Positions 1 through 12,061 of a stretch of DNA of 64,000 nt are shown piece after piece. Numbering within the stretch: the first letter of the stretch is position 1; each line of letters begins with the position of its first letter. The DNA comes from Felis catus (taxonomy: Eukaryota), in the NCBI RefSeq assembly GCF_018350175.1, contig NC_058368.1:83950001-84014000 (forward strand), in the 5' to 3' direction. Made by a program: the position numbers and the translations under genes. Below the pieces are notes generated by a model, which made no database searches, had not been told where the DNA came from, and saw only the letters and a list, made by a program, of their open reading frames with translations.

Positions 1-2695
1 AATAATATACGCATAATTGGTATCCCAGAGGAGGAAGAGAGAGGGAAAGGTGCTGAAGGGGTACTTGAAGAAATCATAGCTGAAAACTTCCCTGAACTGG
101 GGAAGGAAAAAGGCATTGAAATCCAAGAGGCACAGAGAACTCCCTTCAGACGTAACTTGAATCGATCTTCTGCACGACATATCATAGTGAAACTGGCAAA
201 ATACAAGGATAAAGAGAACATTCTGAAAGCAGCAAGGGATAAACATGCCCTAACATATAAAGGGAGACCTATAAGACTCATGACTGATCTCTCTTTTGAA
301 ACTTGGCAGGCCAGAAAGGATTGGCACAAGATCTTCAATGTGCTGAACAGAAAAAATATTCAGGCGAGAATCCTTTTTCCAGCAAGTCTGTCATTTAGAA
401 TAGAAGAAGAGATAAAGGTCTTCCCAAACAAACAAAAACTGAAGGAATTTGTCACCACTAAACAGCCCTACTAGAGATCCTAAGGGGGATCCTGTGAGAC
501 AAAGTACCAGAGACATTGCTACAAGCATAAAACATACAGTCATCATAACGACTCTAAACCCATATCTTTCTACAATAACACTGAATGTAAATGGACTAAG
601 TGTGCCAACCAAAAGACATAGGGTATCAGACTGGATAAAAAAACAAGACCCATCTATTTTCTGTCTACAAGAGACTCATTTTAGATCTGAGGACACCTTT
701 AGATTGAGAGTGAGGGGATGGAGAACTATTTATCATGCGACTGGAAGCCAAAAGAAAGCTGGAGTAGCCATACTTATATCAGACAAACTAGACTTTCAAT
801 TAAAGGCTGTAACAAGAGATGAAGAAGGGCATTATATATTAATTACAGGGTCTATCCACCAGGAAGAGCTAACAATTATAAATGTCTATGTGCCGAATAC
901 CGGAGCCCCCAAATATGTAAAACAATTACTCACAAACATAAGCAACCTTATTGATAAGAATGTGGTAATAGCAGGGGACTTTAACACTCCACTTACAGAA
1001 AAGGATAGATCATCTATACACACGGTCAATAAAGAAACAAGGGCCCTGAATGACACATTGGATCAGATGGACTTGACAGATATATTTAGAACTCTGCATC
1101 CCAAAGCAACAGAATATACTTTCTTCTCGAGTGCACATAGAACATTCTCCAAGATAGATCATATACTGGGTCACAAAACAGCCCTTCATAAGTATACAAA
1201 AATTGAAATTATACCATGCATACTTTCAGACCACAATGCTATGAAGCTTGAAATCAACCACAGGAAAAAGTCTGGAAAACCTCCAAAAGCATGGAGATTA
1301 AAGAACACCCTACTAAAGAATGAGTGGGTCAACCAGGGAATTAGAGAAGAAATTAAAAAATATGTGGAAACAAACGAAAATGAAAATACAACAATCCAAA
1401 CGCTTTGGGATGCAGCGATGGCAGTCCTGAGAGGAAAATACATTGCAATCCAGGCCTATCTCAAGAAACAAGAAAAATCCCAAATACAAAATCTAACAGC
1501 ACACCTAAAGGAAATAGAAGCAGAACAGCAAAGGCAGCCCAAACCCAGAAGAAGAAGAGAAATAATAAAGATCAGAACAGAAATAAACAATATAGAATCT
1601 AATAAAACTGTAGAGCAGGTCAATGAAACCAAGAGTTGTTTTTTGAAAAAAAATAAACAAAATTGACAAACTTCTAGCCAGGCTTCTCAAAAAGAAAAGG
1701 GAGATGACCCAAATAGTAAAATCAAGAATGAAAGTGGAATTATGACAACCAATCCCTCAGATATACAAACAATTATCAGGGAATACTATGAAAAATTATA
1801 TGCCAACAAATTGGACAACCTGGAAGAAATGGACAAATTCCTAAACACCCACACACTTCCAAAACTCAATCAGGAGGAAATAGAAAGCTTGAACAGACCC
1901 ATAACCAGCAAAGAAATTGAATCGGTTATCAAAAAGCTCCCAACAAATAAGAGTCCAGGACCAGATGGCTTCCCAGGGGAGTTCTACCAGACGTTTAAAG
2001 CAGAGATAATACCTATCCTTCTCAAGTTATTCCAAGAAATAGAAAGGGAAGGAAAACTTCCAGACTCATTCTATGAAGCCAGTATTACTTTGATTCCTAA
2101 ACCAGACAGAGACCCAGTAAAAAAAGAGAACTACAGGCCAATATCCCTGATGAATATGGATGCAAAAATTCTCAACAAGATACTAGCAAATTGAATTCAA
2201 CAGCATATAAAAAGAATTATTCACCATGCTCGAGTGGGATTCATTCCTAGGATGCAGGGCTGGCTCAACATTTGCAAATCAATCAACGTGATACATCAAA
2301 TTAATAAAAGAAAAGATAAGAACCATATGATCCTGTAAATCGATGCAGAAAAGGCCTTTGACAAAATCCAGCACCCTTTCTTAATAAAAACCCTTGAGAA
2401 AGTCGGCATAGAAGGAACATACTTAAAGATCATAAAAGCCATTTATGAAAAGCCCACAGCTAACATCATCCTCCATGGGGAAAAACTGAGAGCTTTTTCC
2501 CTGAGTTCAGGAACACGACAGGGATGCCCACTCTCACCGCTGTTGTTTAACATAGTGTGGGAAGTTCTAGCATCAGCAATCAGACAACAAAAGGAAGTCA
2601 AAGGCATCAAAATTGGCAAAGATGAAGTCAAGCTTTCACTTTTTGCAGATGACATGATATGATACATGGAAAATCCGATAAACTCCACCAAAAGA
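1..2695 (+). mobile_element. LINE-1 (felid-type): ORF1 3' half, ORF2 endonuclease and RT; cut by the window start, 3'-truncated, disabled
   Basis: ORF1 peptide RHIIVKLAKYKDKE...LSFRIEEEIKVFPNKQKLKEF; ORF2 [62 protein letters not shown]2 start codon reads ACG at 548-550; frameshift in the A-run near 1645; TGA stops at 2192 and 2660; ends at ..NSTKR with no 3'UTR or poly(A). Confidence 0.96.
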
Positions 2696-2703
2696 CAAAT
2701 TGA

Positions 2704-2930
2704 GGGGCGCCTGGGTGGCTCAGTCGGTTAAGCATCTGACTTCGACTCAGGTCATGATCTCACAGTCTGTGAGTTCGAGCCCCACATCGGGCTCTGTGCT
2801 GACAGCTCAGAGCCTGGAGCCTGCTTCAGATTCTGTATCTCCCTCTCTTTCTGACCCTCCCCTGTTCATGCTCTGTCTCTCTCTGTCTCAAAAATAAACA
2901 AACATTAAAAAAAATAAAAAATAAATAAAA
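2704..2930 (+). mobile_element. Can-SINE (SINEC_Fc type)
   Basis: GGGGCGCCTGGGTGGCTCAGTCGGTTAAG head (A box), GTTCGAGCC B box, CT-rich tract, AATAAA and A tail. Confidence 0.95.
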
Positions 2931-3767
2931 CAATAATATTCATAAATAATATTTATATAAAGAAAATGAAAGTATAAACTAACTAGAAGCTATAAAATAA
3001 CTAGATGACTGTATGGGTGAAGATTTACCTAAATGATGAAGAAAGCCAATGTAGAAAATACCATGAAAAAGTATTTAGGATTTGAAAAAAAAATTTTTAA
3101 ATGTATATTTCTGAAGAGAAAAAGAGATCGATGATATGAAAAGATCTTTTAAAGTTGGGTCTAATAACAAACCATAAGCTAAAAGTTCTGCTTTTATAAG
3201 AATCTCTTAGACATTAATCAGGAAAAAAGATTAATTTATCAAATTTTAAAATGACAACATTTTGAATAAAACATTTTCAGGTGACTTCTAAATACTAAAC
3301 CACACATTAATCAGAAAAATGCAAAGTAAATCCACAATAGGGCCTTACTCTTGCTAGGTTATGAAGAGAAAAAAAATAGATGATTATCAGTGGTAACAGG
3401 AGTAAAATAACCAAATACTTCCACCTGTGATCTGTCTGCTTAATCTTTGATGGGAAGCACCATCAATACATGAATCAATACATGAATACAATTATTTTAA
3501 TTAAAAATGTAAGCACAGAATCAAGGAATTCTTTACATAGATATTCATCTCCATGTTTTTTAGATCAGTAAAACTTTGGAAAAATCTACATTTTAAAATA
3601 ATAGAAAAATGTTATATAATTTTCATTACTAAGGCAAAATATTACAAAGCTTTATATTAAAGAGTTACTTCTAAATCATTCAAAGTCATGACAATATGTA
3701 CATTATTATACTATTTAGAGAAATAAGAAGTTATATACAGTGTAATTCTTTTTGTTTCATAAGTATC

Positions 3768-4110
3768 TTTTTTTTTACTTTTAATTGTATTTTATTTTTA
3801 AAATTTGCATCCAAATTAGTTAGCATATAGTGCAACAATGATTTCAGGAGTAGATTCTTTAATGTCCCTTACCCATTTAGTCCATTCCCCCTTCCCACAA
3901 CCCCTCCAGTAACCCTTTGTTCTCCATATTGAAGAGTCTCTTATGTATTGTCCCCCTCCCTGTTTTTATATTATTTTTGTTTCCCTTCCCTTATGTTCAT
4001 CTGTTTTGTCTCTTAATGTCCTCATATGAGTGAAGTCACATGATATTTGTCTTTCTCTGACACATTCGCTTAGCATAATACCCTCCAGTTCCATCCACAT
4101 AGTTGCAAAT
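3768..4110 (-). mobile_element. 5'-truncated L1 3'UTR tail
   Basis: T-rich tail followed by antisense L1 3'UTR (AAGAGTCTCTTATG, CATATGAGTGAAGTCA, CCCTCCAGTTCCATCCAC). Confidence 0.9.
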
Positions 4111-4163
4111 ATCTTAAATCATATTGTGCTGTTTAAAAATGCATTCAGAAAATGGAATAGGTA

Positions 4164-4387
4164 GGGGCGCCTGGGTGGCGCAGTCGGTTAAGCGTCCGAC
4201 TTCAGCCAGGTCATGATCTCGTGGTCCAGGAGTTTGAGCCCCGCGTCAGGCTCTAGGCTGATGGCTCAGAGCCTGGAGCCTGTTTCCGATTCTGTGTCTC
4301 CCTCTCTCTCTGCCCCTCCCCCGTTAATGCTCTGTCTCTCTCTGTCCCAAAAATAAATAAACGTTGAAAAAAAAATTAAAAAAAAAA
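4164..4387 (+). mobile_element. Young Can-SINE with perfect 17-bp TSD
   Basis: TSD AGAAAATGGAATAGGTA at 4147-4163 and 4388-4404; CpG-rich body. Confidence 0.97.
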
Positions 4388-4959
4388 AGAAAATGGAATA
4401 GGTATTAGTTTTAAACATAAGTGAATATAAGTTTATCAGCGAATAACACATAATACCATCAATCTGAATTATTTTTTTTTGCATGAGGAAAAACTGAACC
4501 CATGATCATTTCAAAACCAATTGAATTACTTGAACATTTTCATCCAGTGACACAGTTTAATGTAGTATTGCATTCCTGGGTGAAGATAAATTGATAAAAT
4601 AAAACTGTGGAAACAGAGAACTAAAGAGGTGATACAGTCTGATGCAATAAAATAAGCATTTTATATTAAATCAGAGTGTCTTGTACAGAAAAAAATGACA
4701 TCAGGTCAGGGTGTGATCGTAAGAACTTAGAATACAGAAGTTGAGTTTAACTGCCACATCTAGCTACGCTGGAATTCTTGGAGCTAATACAATTCCTCAA
4801 CACCAGGCTATTTGCTTTCCTCATTTCCCTAGAGTGAAATGATCTTTCTTTGGTTCTTGAATCTTCCATTGATATCATCAGTTATAATACCCTGATTCTC
4901 CCCCATCATTTCTGATAGTTATTATCAGAAATACTTGAAATCTTATAATTTGCTCATTA

Positions 4960-5090
4960 CTTTCTGTCTCACATTAACAGAACTATAAGTTTGATAAAAA
5001 CAAGGATTGTATCTCTTTGTTCATAGTATATTCCCTCATTATTATTTAGTGTGTGACACATTATAGGTATTCAATAAATAGCTGTGAAGT
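4960..5090 (+). mobile_element. Ancient LINE-2 3' end fragment (paralogue at ~19060-19190)
   Basis: GACACATTATAGGTATTCAATAAATA resembles the L2 3' terminus (GGCACATAGTAGGTGCTCAATAAATA). Confidence 0.55.
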
Positions 5091-5767
5091 TGCTATTTAA
5101 TAGAAGCTGCATCAAAAAAAATTAAAAAATAGAATCTATCTCCTGTAGGGTTTCAATTTTGCCTTGTTTGCTCACTTTCAAATTTAAATTTTCACAATAT
5201 ACAAACTCAATTTCTTTCATCAAATAGCATTTTTTGCATCATATGTGTCCTACTTTCTTGATTTCTCCTAGACTTTTATTTGGTTTCTCAAAGACATAAA
5301 ATTAATATTCCTGGAATATTTCTCCTAAATCTTATTCTCAAAGTTAGTATTCTTTAGCTAATGGCAACACACCATCCTTCTCTTCTACCCATTAAGCAGA
5401 ACTTTAAAATAATCAAATTTATAATTTTGTCACTTTCACTTATTTATATCTTTTAGATGATTTTTGTAAATTTATTTATTGCTTCTTACTGATTATTGGA
5501 GACAATCAATAAGGGGTTTTACGGGGTGATAATTATACAGCAGTTATAGTGCTCTATGTTATCCTGGTTTGTAATATTAAGTGTTTTAGCTCAAAGGTAC
5601 AAGCACTATTATAACATTATCCCCTTTAATATGAGTCAAATACTCTGAGAATTATTATAACCATTTCTAATATAAGAATAGTATCTAAGAATTTAAACTT
5701 GTTTACTTAATTTAAGTTATTGAAGTTAAGGTTAAACAACTAGGTGTGTCCAAACTAATCTGGCTTT

Positions 5768-5973
5768 AATTTTTTTTTCCATTTATTTATTTTTGAGAGA
5801 GAGACAGAGAATGTGAGTGGGGGAGGGGCAGAGACACAGGGGCAGAGACAAGCAAGCTCCAGGCTCTGAGCTGTCAGCAGAGAGCTCAATGTGGGGCTTA
5901 AACTCACAAACTGTGAGATTATGACCTGTGTCGAAGTCGGTTGCTTAACCTACTGAGCCACCCAGGTGCCCCC
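5768..5973 (-). mobile_element. Can-SINE
   Basis: Antisense SINE ending TGAGCCACCCAGGTGCCCC. Confidence 0.93.
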
Positions 5974-6605
5974 AGTTTTCTTTTCCAGGATTGCTTTGGC
6001 TATTCAGGGCCTTTTCTGGTTCCATACAAATTTTAGAATTGTTTCTTCTAGCTCTGTGAAGGATGTCGGTGTTATTTTGATATGGATTGCATTGAATATC
6101 TAGATTGCTTTGGGTAGTATCGACATTTTAACAATATTTCTTCTTCCAATCCATGAGTATGGAATGTTTTTCCATTTCTTTATGTCTTCTTCAATTTTCT
6201 TCATAATTTGTCTATAGTTTTCAGCCTACAGATATTTTACGTCTTTGGTTAGGTTCATTCCTAGGTATTTTATTGTTCTTGGTGTGATTGTAAATGGGAT
6301 CGATTTCTTGACTTCTCTTTCTGCTGCTTCCTTATTGGTGTATAGAAATACAACCAATTTCTGTACATTGATTTTATATGCTGCGACTTTGCTGAATTCA
6401 CGTATCAGTTTTTGATGGAGCTTCAGTCTTTCCACAAGAAGTATCATGTCATCTGCAAAGAGTGAAAGTTTGACTTCTTTACCAATTTTTATGCCTTTTA
6501 TTTCTTTTTGTTGTCTGATTGCTGATGCTAGTACTTTCACTACTATTATGAACGACAGTGATGAGAGTGGACATCCCTTTCACATTCCTGATCTTGGGGG
6601 GAAAA
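5974..6605 (-). mobile_element. L1 ORF2 RT fragment
   Basis: [42 protein letters not shown] on the minus strand. Confidence 0.92.
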
Positions 6606-7380
6606 CACTCATGCACTGTGGTCTGTGAAGACATTGAGTATGATTTGAATCATCTTAAATTGGTTAGGACTTGTTTTGTGACCTAACATGTGACCTATGT
6701 TGAATATTTTTCTGTGTGTGCTTGCACAGAATCTGTATTCTGCTTCCTTAGGTAGAAAGATTTGTATATGTGAATTCATTTCATTTAGTCTATATGTTGT
6801 TCAAGTCAGGTATTTCTCTTTTTTCTTTTTTAATTCAAGTTAGTTAACATACAGTGTAGTATAGGTTTCAGGAGTAGAACCCAGTGATTTATCATTTACA
6901 TATAACACCCAGTGCTCAACCCTGAAAGTGCCCTCCTTAATGCCCATCACCCATTTAGCCTATGCCCCTACCCACCTCCCCTCTAGCAACCCTCAGTTTG
7001 CTCTTAGTATTTAAGAGTCTCTTATGGTTGGCTCCCTATGTTTTTTATCTTATTTTTCTTTCCCTTCCCCTATGTCTATCTGTTGTGTTTTTAAATTCCT
7101 CATATGAGTAAAACCACATGATATTTGTCTTTCTCTGACTGATCAGTTCAGGTACTTATCGATTTTCTGATTGGAGGCTCTATCCATTATAGGAACTGTG
7201 GTATTAAATATCCTAGTATTACAGTATTCTCCATTTTTCCCTTTAGTATGCCAATAGTTGTTTTATGTATTTAGATTCTCTAGTAATGGGGGAATACATA
7301 CTTACAATTGTAACATCATGCTGCTGCATCAACTATTTTATCATTATATACTAACCTTTACTTCTTTTGATTGATTTAAA
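6606..7380 (-). mobile_element. Older L1 endonuclease fragment interrupted by an L1 3'UTR tail (~6815-7140)
   Basis: Degenerate antisense EN sequence (GACTTGTTTTGTGACCTAACATGTGA); inserted tail with TTAGTTAACATACAGTGTA...CATATGAGTAAAACCA. Confidence 0.75.
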
Positions 7381-7989
7381 TTTAACTTTTTAAAATCTTT
7401 TTTAAGGGTTTATTTAAAATGCAGCTAGTTAACATACAGTGTAATGTTAGTTTCAGGTGTAGAATAAAGTGATGAAACATTTCTATACAACCCCCAGTGT
7501 TCATCATGAGTACACCTCTTAATCTTCAAAACCTGTTTAACCCCTTCTCCAATTACCCACTCTCTGATAACCAACAGTTTCTTTTCTATTCTTAGGAGGT
7601 GGTTTCTTGGTTTGCCCCTCTCTCTTTTTTTTCCCCTTTGCTCCTTTATTTATTTTCTTAAATTCCCACATATGAGTGAAATCATATGGTATTTGTCTCT
7701 CTCTGACTAACTTATTTCACGTAGCATAATACTCTCTACCTCCATCCACATCATTGCAAATGGCAAGATTTTATTTCTAGTTATGGTTGAGTGATATTCC
7801 CTTACGTATCACACATTCTTTATCCATTCATCATTGGTGGACACTTGGGCTGCTTCCATAATTTGGCTTTGTAAAAATGTCGTTATAAACATTGGGGTAC
7901 ATATATCCCTTTGAATTATTATTTTTATATTCTTTGAGTAAATACCTACTAGTGCAATTGCTGGATCATAAGTAGCTCTGTTTTTAATT

Positions 7990-8207
7990 TTTTTTTAATT
8001 TTTTTTAACGTTTATTTATTTTTGAGACAGAGAGAGACAGAGCATGAATGGGGGAGGGTCAGGGAGAGGGAGACACAGAATCCGAAACAGGCTCCAGGCT
8101 CTGAGCTGTCAGCACAGAGCCCGACGCGGGGCTCGAACTCATGGACCGCGAGATCATGACCTGAGCCGAAGTCGGCCGCTTAACCGACTGAGCCACTCAG
8201 GTGCCCC
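7990..8207 (-). mobile_element. Can-SINE
   Basis: Antisense SINE flanked by CTGTTTTTAATTTTTT on both sides. Confidence 0.95.
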
Positions 8208-9629
8208 TGTTTTTAATTTTTTAAAGAACTTCCATACCGTTTCCCAGAATAGCTGCACCACTGAGCATTCCCACCAGCAGTGTAAGACACTTGTTCCTCT
8301 CTACATCCTCACCAACACCTGTCTATTGTGTTGTTGATTCCGGCCATTCTGACAAGTGTGAGGTGATATCTCATTGTAGTTTTGATTTGTATTTCCCTGA
8401 TGATAAGTGATATTGAACATCTTTTCATGTATCTGTTAGCTATCTGGATGTCCTCTTTAGAAAAATGTTTACTCATGTCTTCTGTCCATTTTAAATTGGA
8501 TTTTCTTTTTTTGGGGGTGTGTGTGAGTTTTGTAAGTTCTTTATGTTTGTTATACTAACCTTTTTCCAGATATGTCATTTGCAAATAACCTCTCATTTTC
8601 CAAGGTTGTCTTTAGGTTTGTTGATTGCTCCCTTTGCTATGCAGAAGCTTTTTAATTTGATTTAGTCCCAATAGCTTATTTTTGTTTTTGTTTTCCTTGT
8701 CTCAGGAGACATAAATAGATTGAAGTTGCTATGGCTGAGGTCAAATATTACTGTATGTATTATCCTCTAGGATTTTAATACTATAGTTTTTTACATTTAG
8801 GTCTTTAATCCATTTTTAATTTATTTTTGTGTATGGTGTAAGAAAGTGGCCCAGTTTCATTTTTCTGCATATTTCTGTCCAGTTTTCCCAACATCATTTG
8901 TTGAAGAGATTGTCTTTCATCTGTCTTTCATACTGTTTTCATCACTATAGCTTTGTAATATAACATGAAGTCCATAATTGTGATGCCCCCAGCTTTGTTT
9001 TTGTTTTTCAGGTTTGCTTTGGCTCTCTGGAGTCTACAGGGAAGTAAGGTAGACAAAAGAAAAAATAAATTATTGGGACTTTATCTCTTACAATTGCTTG
9101 TATTTCTGCAGTGTTCATTGTTATTTCTCCTCTTAAAATGTGATTTTGCTTATTTCATTCTTCTCTGTTCTTTATTTATTTTTAATGAGTCTGGCTAAAG
9201 GTATCTCAATTTTGTTGATCTTTTCAAAGAACCAGCTCCTGTTTTTTTTTTTTTTTGATCTGTTATTCTGTTTTTCAGTTTCTATTTCATTTATATCTGC
9301 TCTACTTTTTATTATTTCCATCCTCTGCTTGTTTGTAGTCTGTTTGTTGTTTTTTCTAGGTCCCTTAGGTATAAGTTCAGTTGTTTATTTGAGGTTTTTT
9401 TTCTTTTTGAAGTAAACCTATATTGCTACATATTCTCCTCTTAGAACTGCTTTTCTTGCATTCCAAAGGCTTAGACCATTGTTATTGTTATTTCCATTTG
9501 TTTCCATGGGTCAGAAAAGATCAATAATGTGACTTCAAACTTTTTTTACTTAATTGAGACTTGTTTTGTGGCTACTATGTGATCTATTCTGTAGACTGTT
9601 TCATGTTCACTTGAAAAAAAAAAGTGTAT

Positions 9630-9850
9630 GGGGCGACTGGGTGGCTACATTGGTTAAGCGTCAGACTTCAGCTCAGGTCATGATCTCATAGTCTGTGAGT
9701 TCGAGCCCCACATCAGGCTCTGTGCTGACAGCTCAGAGCCTGGAGCCTGCTTCAGATTCTGTGTCTCCTTCTCTCTCTGCCCCTTCCCCGCTCATGTTCT
9801 GTCTCTCTCTGTCTCAAAAATAAATAAAAACATTTAAAAATTTTTAAAAA
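9630..9850 (+). mobile_element. Can-SINE
   Basis: SINE head and tail; TSD AAAAAAAAGTGTAT. Confidence 0.95.
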
Positions 9851-10280
9851 GAAAAAAAAGTGTATTACTGTCTTTCTGGAAAAGGTGTCTGAATATATGC
9901 ATTAGATCCATCTGATTTAGTATGTCATTCAAAGTCATTGTTTCCTTGTTGATTTTATATCTGGATGATCTATCCATTGATGTAAGTTGGGTGTTAAAGT
10001 CCTCTAGTATTATTGTATTACTATCAAATACTACTTTTATGTTTGTTTTCAGCTGCTTTATGTATTTGGGTGCTTTCATTTGGGTGCATAAATATTTACA
10101 TTTGTTATATCTTTTTGTTGGATTGTCCCCCTAATGATTATATCGTGTCTTTCCTTCTTTGTCTTCTTGGTACACTGTTTGTCTTAAATTCTATTTTGTC
10201 CAATATGTATAAGTATTGCTACTCCAACCTTCTTTTGACATCCATTTGCATGATAAATTTTTCTCTACTCCCTCACTTTC

Positions 10281-10529
10281 TTTTTTTTTTTCAATATTAC
10301 ATTTCTTTAATATTATTTAGGGTTATATAGAAAAATCTATGATCACTCTTGACATCACATTTATCTTGAATCCTCAAAAATTTTTTTGCTGTAATTTTAT
10401 CTTTTATTTTTTTCAATATATGAAATTTATTGTCAAATTGGTTTCCATACAACACCCAGTGCTCATCCCAAAAGGTGCCCTCCTCAATACCCATCACCCA
10501 CCCTCCCCTCCCTCCCACCCCCCATCAAA
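10281..10529 (-). mobile_element. 5'-truncated young L1 tail carrying a ~100-bp 3' transduction
   Basis: 18-bp TSD CTCTACTCCCTCACTTTC at 10263-10280 and 10530-10547; L1 tail ~10396-10529; non-L1 segment ~10292-10395; poly(T) 10281-10291. Confidence 0.9.
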
Positions 10530-11867
10530 CTCTACTCCCTCACTTTCAATCCACAAATGTCTTTATGTCTAAAATTAGTCTCTTGTAAGTAGCATATAGA
10601 TGGTCTTCTTTTTTTATCTATTCCGTCACCCTATGTCTTTTGATTACAGTGTTTACTCCCCTTAGATTGAATATAATCATTGATAGGTATGTACTTATTG
10701 TCATTTTTTTCCTTGCTTTATGGTTGTTTGTGTAGGTCTTTGTTCCTTTCTTCTCTTGCTTTCCCTCTCATGTTTTTCTGGCTTCTTTTTACTGATATAC
10801 TTGGATACCTTTCTTTTAAATTTTTGCATAGTTATTATCAGGTTTTTTTAAATTATTTGTGGTTACCATTAGGTTTATTTATGACATTTTATGAATACAG
10901 CAGTCCATATTAAGTCAGTGGTTGCTTAAGTTTGAACCCATTCTATAAACTCTAAACTTTTACTTCTCCCCTTACCATGTTTTAAGTATTATATTTTGTG
11001 AATTCCCTGATTTTTCATAGATATACTTCATTGTACTGCTTTTCTGCTTCCTACCTTTATTACTTGTGTTTATTGTCCTTGCTTTCCACTAAGAGTATCT
11101 GCTTTAACATTTCTTGTAAGATCTGTATAGTGGTCATAAATTCCTTTTGGGGGGGCTGTCTAGGAAACTCTTTATCTCTCTATTCTGAGTGATAACCTTG
11201 CTGGATAGAGTATTCCTGGTTTCATGTTGTTGTTTTTTTTTCCTTCAGTGTTTTGAAGATACCATGGCACTCCCTTTTGGTCTTCAATGTTCTTGTTGAA
11301 AATCAGCAGATAGCCTTCTGGGATTTCCTTTCTATGTGACTGTTTCCTTTTCTTTTGCTACTTTAAAAGTTTTATCTTTATCACTACTTTTTGCCACCTG
11401 AATTACCTTGTGTCTTGGTGTGGACCTTCTTCAGTTGATTTTGTTTGGGTATCTCTGTGCCTCCTGGATCTGGATTTCTGTTTTCTTCCCAAGATATGGG
11501 AAGTTTTCAGTTATTATTTCTTCAAATATATTTTCTGCCTCTTTTCTCTCTCTTCTCCTTCTGAGATCTCTATAATGTGAATGTTATTATGCTTGATAAT
11601 GCTGAGTTTCCTTAATGTATTTTTTAAATTATTCTTTGCCTCTCTCCTGTTCAGCATGAGTGCTTTTCATTACTCTGTAATTCACATCAGTGATCCATTC
11701 TTATGTTTCCTGTAGCCTACTATTTATTCCCTCTATTATATTTTTAATTTTAATTATTGAATTCTTAATCTCTGTTTTTTCTTATCTGTTTTCCATCTCT
11801 TATTGAGGGTCTCACTGAGGTCCTCCACTCTTGTTATCAAGTCCCATGAGTATCTTTACAACCATCA

Positions 11868-12061
11868 ATTTATACTTTTCATGTTTATTTATTTTTGAAA
11901 GAGAGCGAGCAAGTGGAGGAGGGGCAGAGAGAGAGGGAGAGTATCCGAAGCAGGCTCTGCACTGTCAGCAGAGAGCCCGGTGCAGGGATCAAACACAAAC
12001 TGCAAGATCAATGACCTGAGCCACAGTTGGACACTTAGCCACTGAGTCACCTAGGTGCCCC
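11868..12061 (-). mobile_element. Can-SINE (older)
   Basis: Antisense SINE ending CTGAGTCACCTAGGTGCCCC. Confidence 0.9.

Larger units (their letters stand above)
2930..5760 (+). repeat. Diverged segmental duplicate of the OR upstream region (paralogous to ~17450-19800)
   Basis: Collinear shared blocks, e.g. ATTTACCTAA, TTTAGAGAAATA, AAACTGAAC, AGTATTGCAT, GAACTTAGAATA, AGTATATTCC, AAATTAATAT, AATTATACAGC, GAATTATTATA, GTTTACTTAA. Confidence 0.85.

Noticed and set aside
449..2194. 405-aa and 150-aa ORFs as a host endonuclease or RT gene
   Set aside because: They are L1 ORF2 fragments with no ATG at the normal start, a frameshift and downstream stops.
2704..2790. tRNA genes suggested by A and B boxes
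   Set aside because: These are heads of tRNA-derived SINEs, followed by the SINE body and A tail.
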